A DNA stretch of 33,649 bases. Origin: Bacilli bacterium (GTDB lineage: Bacteria; Bacillota_I; Bacilli_A; ML615J-28; CAG-698). Each line of letters opens with the position of its first letter. Position 1 is the stretch's first letter. A model generated the notes under the pieces. The model searched no databases, was not told the DNA's origin, and worked only from the letters and a program-made list of their open reading frames with translations. Shown in pieces: positions 17,774 to 24,025 of the stretch. The stretch is from assembly GCA_035270985.1 (NCBI GenBank), contig DATESD010000128.1:1-33649 (forward strand), given 5' to 3'. Made by a program: the position numbers and the translations under genes.

Positions 17774-17809
17774 AAAAAACAATATTTTCATATTGTTTTT
17801 CTTTTTTTT
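17774..17809. terminator. Second hairpin flanked by A and T tracts; bidirectional terminator-like.
   Basis: AAAACAATAT (17776-17785) pairs with ATATTGTTTT (17790-17799) around the loop TTTC, followed by CTTTTTTTT. Confidence 0.55.
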
Positions 17810-17860
17810 AGGTGTTATACTTAGGTAGTTGTTCTATAAAAGATAAGAGGAGATAGGTTG

Positions 17861-18139
17861 ATGAAAAAGAGCGAATACGTAACTAAAATCAGTCAAAAGT
17901 TGAATCTTACAAAAAAAAATGTGGCAGAAGTGACTGATGCTTTCGTTGAAGAACTAATCTTATCACTTATCAACAAAGAAAGTGTTTCAATAACAAACTT
18001 GGGGACGTTTAATAAAACTACAAGCAAACCCTATTCATATTTTAGCCCAGTTGATGGCAAGAAAATGTATACTGAAGGAATAACAAGAATATCCTTCTCA
18101 ATGAGTAAAGATTTAAATAATAAGGTCAGCAAGAGGTGA
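17861..18139 (+). CDS. HU/IHF-fold (DNABII-like) protein with a divergent beta-arm.
   Basis: 92 aa from the ATG at 17861, with RBS AGAGGAG at 17846-17852. It is the same length as B. subtilis HBsu and aligns with it without gaps (MNKTELI../MKKSEYV.., ..LSKKDATKAV../..LTKKNVAEVT.., Pro63-x-x-Gly retained). The arm arginines are not conserved. HU also lies downstream of der in Bacillus. Confidence 0.7.
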   Translation: MKKSEYVTKISQKLNLTKKNVAEVTDAFVEELILSLINKESVSITNLGTFNKTTSKPYSYFSPVDGKKMYTEGITRISFSMSKDLNNKVSKR

Positions 18140-18143
18140 AATT

Positions 18144-19454
18144 ATGGAGACAATTTATCGTTTGTATAAAGATGTTGGCGATAACCAGTCAAAAGATATT
18201 TTTGATGCGGTGATGCGCAATGATTGCACCTATATTATTAAATATTATGAAGATGGTTTGGATATCAACATTATAGATAGTAAGGGTGAGAATTTAGTTC
18301 ATAAAGCTGCTCGTAATAATTATTATGAAGTTGTGGATTTACTACTAAAATTGAAAGTAAATGTTAATGCACAAAATAGATATGATGATACCCCCATTCA
18401 TCTTGCAGTCCAATTTAAAAACTCTGAGGTTGTTGAAAGATTATTGTTTGAACAAGCTAAAGTTAACGCTAAAAATAAAAAGGGTGTATCACCATTACAT
18501 ATTGCGGCAGCGAATGGCAAAGAAGAGATTCTTAACAGTTTACTTGATCATGGTGCTAAATTAAACATCGCTGATTTAACGGGAATGAAACCAATTCATT
18601 ACGGTGTTAAGTCAGGAAAAAGAGTGATAATTAGGACGCTTTTAAATAACGGAGCAAGTTTAGTTGAAGTCGATGATCGTAAAAATAATGTTTTACATCA
18701 TGCATGTAAAGCGGGAAATGAAGATTTAATAACTTTTATTTTGCGCCATATGATGATTAGTGATTCTAAGAATATCTTTGGGGAAACTCCCTTGCATATC
18801 GCTGCTAAATATTGTTCTCTAACGGGAATTAAATCACTAATTAGCTCTGGTTTTGATATTGAAGCAAAAAACGAGGTTGGTTTGACCCCGATAGATGTCG
18901 CAAATAGCGCAAATAAACAAGAAAACTATGAATATTTAATTAACTACTCGCGCGGACAAGAATATAAAGAAAAGTTTTTAAAATATACTCTTCATAGGGC
19001 AGCGCGGCGTGGTGACTATGAATTTTTACTCCAACAAATTACTTCAATAAATGTTAATAACTTGGATTATTTTGGAAAATCAATGATGTATTATGCAATA
19101 ATTTTTGGTAACTTGCGAATTGTTAAGTTGCTATACAAAAAAGGTGCGAGGATACATAATATTGATGAGTATAATCAATCAGCTTTATTAATTGCTATTT
19201 ACAGTGAAAACTATGAAATAATTAAATTTCTCTTAGATCGTAAAGCCAATATAAATGAGATATTTTATGGCCGAAGTTATTTATACCGCGCTATTTTAAG
19301 AAATGATTATGATATGGTTAAGTTATTGATCGACTACAAGGCTGATGTTAACTATATTGATGATAAACATATTACAATTTATTCATATGCTGTAGAATAT
19401 GCTAGCGATGAGATAATTGAATTGTTATTAAGTAAAAAAGTAGCTTTAGTATAA
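18144..19454 (+). CDS. Ankyrin-repeat protein with about 12-13 ANK repeats and no signal peptide.
   Basis: 436 aa with repeated 33-aa units matching the ANK consensus (G.TPLH.A...G....V..LL..GA..N), e.g. GVSPLHIAAANGKEEILNSLLDHGAKLN and GETPLHIAAKYCSLTGIKSLISSGFDIE. It starts 4 nt after the stop of the HU-like gene. Confidence 0.9.
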   Translation: METIYRLYKDVGDNQSKDIFDAVMRNDCTYIIKYYEDGLDINIIDSKGENLVHKAARNNYYEVVDLLLKLKVNVNAQNRYDDTPIHLAVQFKNSEVVERLLFEQAKVNAKNKKGVSPLHIAAANGKEEILNSLLDHGAKLNIADLTGMKPIHYGVKSGKRVIIRTLLNNGASLVEVDDRKNNVLHHACKAGNEDLITFILRHMMISDSKNIFGETPLHIAAKYCSLTGIKSLISSGFDIEAKNEVGLTPIDVANSANKQENYEYLINYSRGQEYKEKFLKYTLHRAARRGDYEFLLQQITSINVNNLDYFGKSMMYYAIIFGNLRIVKLLYKKGARIHNIDEYNQSALLIAIYSENYEIIKFLLDRKANINEIFYGRSYLYRAILRNDYDMVKLLIDYKADVNYIDDKHITIYSYAVEYASDEIIELLLSKKVALV

Positions 19455-19476
19455 ATGTTTTATAATAGGAGATAAA

Positions 19477-20061
19477 ATGGAGATTTTATTTGCCACCCAT
19501 AATAATCACAAAGTTAAAGAAATTAAAGAGATGTTTTCTGAAGTTAAAATATTAACTTTAGATGAATTTTATGATGAAGATGAAGTGGCCGAAACGGGAA
19601 AGACTTTTGCGGAGAATGCAGGTTTAAAAGCTAGATATTATTATCAAAAATATAAAGTTCCCGTAATTGCTGATGATTCTGGATTGTTAGTTACAGCCTT
19701 AAATGATGAGCCGGGAGTTCATTCAGCAAGGTACTCTGTTACCGGCAGTTATGCTGATAATAATAAATTGTTATTGCAAAGAATGAAGAACATTACTAAG
19801 CGAAATGCTTGTTTTATTACGGCCATTTGTTTTATAGATGCTAAAGGCCAAGAAAAATATTTTACTGGTAAGATCGAAGGGAAAATTACTGAGCAGCTTC
19901 AAGGAACATCAGGTTTCGGTTATGATCCATTGTTTTTGGTGCCTGATTTAAATAAAACTTTTGCTGAGATGTCATTAGCTGAAAAAAATGAGATATCGCA
20001 CCGAGCACTTGCTTTAAAGGAATTTGCAAAATATCTTCAAAGTATCATTTTAAAAAGATAA
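19477..20061 (+). CDS. rdgB: Non-canonical purine NTP pyrophosphatase (RdgB/HAM1 family, dITP/XTPase).
   Basis: MEILFATHNNHKVKEIKEMF..., ...ADDSGL.V.ALN..PGV.SARY..., FGYDP.F, and ...K...SHR..A. Confidence 0.9.
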   Translation: MEILFATHNNHKVKEIKEMFSEVKILTLDEFYDEDEVAETGKTFAENAGLKARYYYQKYKVPVIADDSGLLVTALNDEPGVHSARYSVTGSYADNNKLLLQRMKNITKRNACFITAICFIDAKGQEKYFTGKIEGKITEQLQGTSGFGYDPLFLVPDLNKTFAEMSLAEKNEISHRALALKEFAKYLQSIILKR

Positions 20062-20102
20062 TTAAAATTTATGGCAAGCAGTGAAAAATTTGAAACTTTC
20101 AC

Positions 20103-20131
20103 TTGATTTAAATTTTAATATGTAGTATAAT
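20103..20131 (+). promoter_or_regulatory. Sigma-70 promoter for rpsU.
   Basis: TTGATT (20103-20108), a 17-nt spacer, then TATAAT (20126-20131). Confidence 0.6.
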
Positions 20132-20167
20132 ACATAAGAGATTATGAGTGCGAGAGGAGGGACAAAA

Positions 20168-20353
20168 ATGCCAAAGACCATAGTTAGAGAAAACGAAACA
20201 ATTGAAGATACACTGAAACGCTTTAAACGTGACGTGTCTAGAAGCGGTACCCTTCAAGAAGCACGAAAAAGGGAACACTTTTTAAAACCTAGTGATATTA
20301 GAAAAATGAAAAAAAGAGCGCTGAAAAAGACACAATTTCGCAGTTCTAAATAA
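20168..20353 (+). CDS. rpsU: 30S ribosomal protein S21.
   Basis: [41 protein letters not shown] is canonical S21. The ATG at 20168 is preceded by GAGGAGG. The ORF-track start at 20144 is an upstream in-frame extension. Confidence 0.95.
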   Translation: MPKTIVRENETIEDTLKRFKRDVSRSGTLQEARKREHFLKPSDIRKMKKRALKKTQFRSSK

Positions 20354-20374
20354 AAAGCCGAGAGGCTTTTTTTT
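20353..20374 (+). terminator. Rho-independent terminator after rpsU.
   Basis: AAAAGCC-GAGA-GGCTTTT hairpin with a T8 run. Confidence 0.7.
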
Positions 20375-20385
20375 AATCTGCTGTC

Positions 20386-20414
20386 TTAACAAACAAGTAA
20401 ATTTATGGTATAAT
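20386..20414 (+). promoter_or_regulatory. Sigma-70 promoter for the phoH-ybeY-cdd-era-recO operon.
   Basis: TTAACA (20386-20391), a 17-nt spacer, then TGgTATAAT (-10 at 20409-20414). Confidence 0.55.
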
Positions 20415-20465
20415 GATATTAATAATAGCGAAAGGGAAATATAAGAAATTCTTATACGACAAATT

Positions 20466-21428
20466 ATGAGTGATTATCAAGCGGTTTATAAAATATTTAA
20501 CTTGCAAAATGAAGCCAAAATACTGGGACCAGAAAACTCTTTTTTGAAAGCTATCGAAGAAAGATTGGGTTTAGATATAATTGTTCGTCAAGGAGAAGTG
20601 CTAATTTCAACTGATAAACTTGAATATCAAAAAGAGATTGAAAATGTATTTACAGTTTTAGAAAGAATTTTTGAAAAAGTACTAGATATTTCTCTTCCTG
20701 ATCTTACGGTTATTTTAAATAATCTAGGAACAAGCAGCCCAGAAACATTAATAAAATTATACCTTGATAAGACAATTTTGTTTACGACTAATAATGGTCG
20801 AGTAATTTACCCTAGGACTTTAAATCAAAAGATTTATATTAAGTCGCTTGTTGACAATGATATTACTTTTTCCGTTGGCCCAGCAGGAACAGGCAAAACA
20901 TTCTTAGCTGTATTGTTTTCGATAAATAGATTGCGAGCTAATCAAGCTAAAAAAATAATTCTCGTGAGACCAGTAGTTGAGGCCGGAGAAAAATTAGGGT
21001 TTTTACCAGGAGATTTGAAAGATAAAATTGATCCTTACTTGATCCCTTTGTACGATGGGCTAAACGAAAGTTTAGGTAAAGAAAAAGTCGATAAAATGAT
21101 TGAAAAAGGAATTATAGAAGTAGCTCCGTTAGCTTATATGCGGGGAAGAACGTTAGAGAATGCTGTTATTATTTTGGATGAAGCCCAAAATGCAACTCTT
21201 TTACAAATGAAAATGTTTCTTACTCGTTTGGGGTATAATTCGAAAATGATAATAACTGGAGATATTACTCAAGTTGATTTACCAAACAAGAATTCTTCTG
21301 GCTTAATTGAAGCTATTTCTTTGCTTGAAGGCATTAAGAATATTGCTATTGTTCGGTTTGAAAAGAATGATATTATGCGTCATCCATTAGTGTATAAAAT
21401 AATCGAAAGGTATGAGAGCAAAAAATGA
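20466..21428 (+). CDS. phoH: PhoH-like ATPase (PhoH/YbeZ family).
   Basis: Walker A GPAGTGKTFLAV, plus RPVVEAGEKLGFLPGDL..K.DPY, LAYMRGRT and ILDEAQN. Confidence 0.93.
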   Translation: MSDYQAVYKIFNLQNEAKILGPENSFLKAIEERLGLDIIVRQGEVLISTDKLEYQKEIENVFTVLERIFEKVLDISLPDLTVILNNLGTSSPETLIKLYLDKTILFTTNNGRVIYPRTLNQKIYIKSLVDNDITFSVGPAGTGKTFLAVLFSINRLRANQAKKIILVRPVVEAGEKLGFLPGDLKDKIDPYLIPLYDGLNESLGKEKVDKMIEKGIIEVAPLAYMRGRTLENAVIILDEAQNATLLQMKMFLTRLGYNSKMIITGDITQVDLPNKNSSGLIEAISLLEGIKNIAIVRFEKNDIMRHPLVYKIIERYESKK

Positions 21429-21847
21429 AAATAAATTTATTTGTTAATTGTTTACAAGAAATTGCTTTTGATTATAAAAAAATAATTAAAGATTTTGAAA
21501 AACAACTGTTTAAAAAGAAAGAAATAGCCCTAGTCTTGGTCGATGAAGGGGAAATAAAAATAATAAATAAGCAATTCCGGGAAATTGATAGGGTAACTGA
21601 TGTTATTTCTTTTGAAGAAGATGATGAAAAAAACAAAAGATATTTAGGCGAGATATTTATTTGCATCAATAAGGTTTATGAACAAGCAAAAGCTTATAAT
21701 CACAGTAATGAGCGAGAATTTGCCTTTTTATTAGTTCATGGTATTTTACACCTAATAGGCTTTGATCATCAAAATGACGAAGAAGAAAAAAAGATGGTTT
21801 TAGAACAAGAAAAAATTTTAGAAAAACTTAACTATAGGAGAAAATGA
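21425..21847 (+). CDS. ybeY: rRNA maturation endoribonuclease YbeY.
   Basis: Zinc motif HGILHLIGFDH. 140 aa. ATGA overlap with phoH. Confidence 0.93.
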   Translation: MKINLFVNCLQEIAFDYKKIIKDFEKQLFKKKEIALVLVDEGEIKIINKQFREIDRVTDVISFEEDDEKNKRYLGEIFICINKVYEQAKAYNHSNEREFAFLLVHGILHLIGFDHQNDEEEKKMVLEQEKILEKLNYRRK

Positions 21848-22257
21848 TGGATAAAATTACTGAAAAAATGTATCAAGAAGCGTATAAAGCATATCAAAAT
21901 GCTTATACTCCATATTCAAAATTTAACGTTGGTGCCGCAGTTTTATTAAAAGACGGCAAAATTATTGCCGGAAGCAACATTGAAAATGCTTCTTTCGGCT
22001 TAACAAATTGTGCTGAGAGAACAACGTTGTTTTATACATATTCACAAGGATATCGTCGGGAAGATATGGTAAAGTTTTTGGTATTGGCCAATACTAATGA
22101 GCCGATTTCACCGTGTGGCGCTTGCCGTCAAGTTATGGTGGAGTTACTAAATAAAGATACGGAAGTTATCTTAACTAATCTAAAAAAAGATGTTTTAACA
22201 ATGACAGTCGCTGATTTGCTGCCTTATTCTTTTTCGGGAGATAATTTAAATGAGTGA
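21844..22257 (+). CDS. cdd: Cytidine deaminase.
   Basis: Zinc-binding motifs CAER and PCGACRQ. 137 aa, the homotetrameric type. Confidence 0.93.
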   Translation: MMDKITEKMYQEAYKAYQNAYTPYSKFNVGAAVLLKDGKIIAGSNIENASFGLTNCAERTTLFYTYSQGYRREDMVKFLVLANTNEPISPCGACRQVMVELLNKDTEVILTNLKKDVLTMTVADLLPYSFSGDNLNE

Positions 22258-23161
22258 GAAATTTAAATCTGGTTTTGTCGCTTTGATTGGCCGACCAAAT
22301 GTTGGCAAATCTACTTTTATCAATTGTGTACTCGGGCAAAAAATATCCATTATTAGTAATAAACCACAAACTACGCGAAATAACATTCGTGGTATTTATA
22401 CAACGCCAAAAGAACAAATAATATTTATTGATACTCCTGGAATCCATAAACCACAGAATGAATTAGGTAATTTTATGAACAAGGAATCATTTTCATCATT
22501 ATCTGACGTTGATCTAATCCTTTTATTAATTGATGGGACAGACGATTATGGTAAGGGTGATGAATATGTTTTAGAAGCTTTGAGCAAAATAACGACGCCA
22601 ATTTTTCTTATAGTCAATAAAATTGATTTAATTAAAGATAAGAATCGGTTGTTAGAAAGTATTGTTAAATTCCAAAATAAGTTTGCTTTTAAGGAAACAT
22701 TTTACATTAGTGCTTTAAGTGGAGAAAATGTTGATTTGCTGCTGCAAAACATCACTGATAATTTAGAAGAAGGAGTAAAGTATTATCCGGAAGATCAAAT
22801 AAGTGATCATCCAGAAGTATTTGTCATCGGTGAAATTATTCGCGAGAAAATTCTCACGTTAACCGAACAAGAAATACCTCATTCTGTTGCCGTTGTTGTT
22901 GAAGAAATGAAAGCCGACGAAGAAAATCCCGAACTTTTAAATATTCACGCAACTATCTATGTGGAAAGAGCATCTCAAAAAAAGATAATTATTGGTAGCC
23001 AAGGCTCAATGATAAAAAAAATAGGAACCTATGCGCGCAAAGATATTTTAAAAATAGTTGGGCAAAAGGTTTATCTAGAGTTATGGGTTAAAGTAGAAGA
23101 GAAATGGCGCGACAAAAGATTATTATTAAAAAGATTGGGATATTATTTAGACGATAAATAG
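22250..23161 (+). CDS. era: GTPase Era.
   Basis: GFVALIGRPNVGKSTF, DTPG and NKID motifs plus a C-terminal KH domain (VEEKWRD). Confidence 0.96.
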   Translation: MSEKFKSGFVALIGRPNVGKSTFINCVLGQKISIISNKPQTTRNNIRGIYTTPKEQIIFIDTPGIHKPQNELGNFMNKESFSSLSDVDLILLLIDGTDDYGKGDEYVLEALSKITTPIFLIVNKIDLIKDKNRLLESIVKFQNKFAFKETFYISALSGENVDLLLQNITDNLEEGVKYYPEDQISDHPEVFVIGEIIREKILTLTEQEIPHSVAVVVEEMKADEENPELLNIHATIYVERASQKKIIIGSQGSMIKKIGTYARKDILKIVGQKVYLELWVKVEEKWRDKRLLLKRLGYYLDDK

Positions 23162-23177
23162 TTTTTGAGGTGATATA

Positions 23178-23921
23178 ATGCAATTAGAAGAAGGAATCGT
23201 GATTAAAGCTAATAAGTATCAAGAAAATTCGAAAATATTAACTATTATCAGTAATCAAGGAACCTTTACTTGTTTGTCACGAGCTTCTAGCAGTTTAAAA
23301 AGTAAGAATTATAGTTATTCTCAATTGTTAACTAAAATTGCTTTTAACATTAGTAAAAGTAAAAGAAACTCTTTTGATATCTTATCAACGGGAACGGTTA
23401 TTAATAATTATTATAAAATTAAAGAAGATTATCGCAAATTATCTAGTTCTCTAGTAATATTAGATATTACTAATAATCTAAGTAATTATATTGATGATTT
23501 TTCTACATTGTACACTTTTATATGTATTATTTTAGAAAGGCTCCAGGATACTAATTACCAAGAATATTATGAAATTATTTTCCGGTTAAAATTATTATTT
23601 TTATTGGGTGTCGGACCTACTTTTTCAAAGTGTGTAGTTTGTGGCACAAAAGATGATTTAGTTTTCTTTGATTTTTATAGTGGTGGGATGAAATGCAATG
23701 GCTGTAGTGGTGATGAAAAAAAAATATATCGCGGAGATTTTTTGAAAACCTTGCAAGTCCTTTATAACACAAAAATAGAAAATATAACAGATGATGTATT
23801 AGCGCTATTACCAAATCATGTAAGCATGATAAATGAATTTTTAGATGCTTATTATGAACATTACCTCGGATATGTTAGCAGTGCGAGAAGCATTATCAAC
23901 AAAATTTCAAAAGCTAAATAA
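23178..23921 (+). CDS. recO: DNA repair protein RecO.
   Basis: It sits downstream of era. It has an N-terminal OB-fold region and a zinc-finger motif (CVVCG...CNGC). 247 aa. Confidence 0.85.
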   Translation: MQLEEGIVIKANKYQENSKILTIISNQGTFTCLSRASSSLKSKNYSYSQLLTKIAFNISKSKRNSFDILSTGTVINNYYKIKEDYRKLSSSLVILDITNNLSNYIDDFSTLYTFICIILERLQDTNYQEYYEIIFRLKLLFLLGVGPTFSKCVVCGTKDDLVFFDFYSGGMKCNGCSGDEKKIYRGDFLKTLQVLYNTKIENITDDVLALLPNHVSMINEFLDAYYEHYLGYVSSARSIINKISKAK

Positions 23922-23933
23922 TTAGACCACCAG

Positions 23934-23960
23934 CAGTTACTAAATAGTAACTGTTTTTTT
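23934..23960 (+). terminator. Rho-independent terminator after recO.
   Basis: CAGTTACT (23934-23941) pairs with AGTAACTG (23946-23953), followed by a T7 run. Confidence 0.75.
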
Positions 23961-23970
23961 ATGGCTAATA

Positions 23971-23999
23971 TTTACTTTTATGGCATAATAGTGTATAAT
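23971..23999 (+). promoter_or_regulatory. Sigma-70 promoter for the GH9-like gene.
   Basis: TTTACT (23971-23976), a 17-nt spacer, then TATAAT (23994-23999). Confidence 0.5.
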
Positions 24000-24025
24000 A
24001 ATTACTATCTAGTGGAGGTACATTG

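Noticed and set aside
18361-18564. A 67-aa plus-strand ORF in an alternative frame within the ankyrin gene.
   Set aside because: It lies wholly inside a frame that shows clear ANK repeat periodicity, and it has no RBS.
23716-23724. An A9 homopolymer inside recO, which could be a phase-variation tract.
   Set aside because: The reading frame is intact (DEKKIY). Runs of this length are frequent in such AT-rich genomes, including several intergenic A8/T8 runs here, and recO is not a typical contingency locus.
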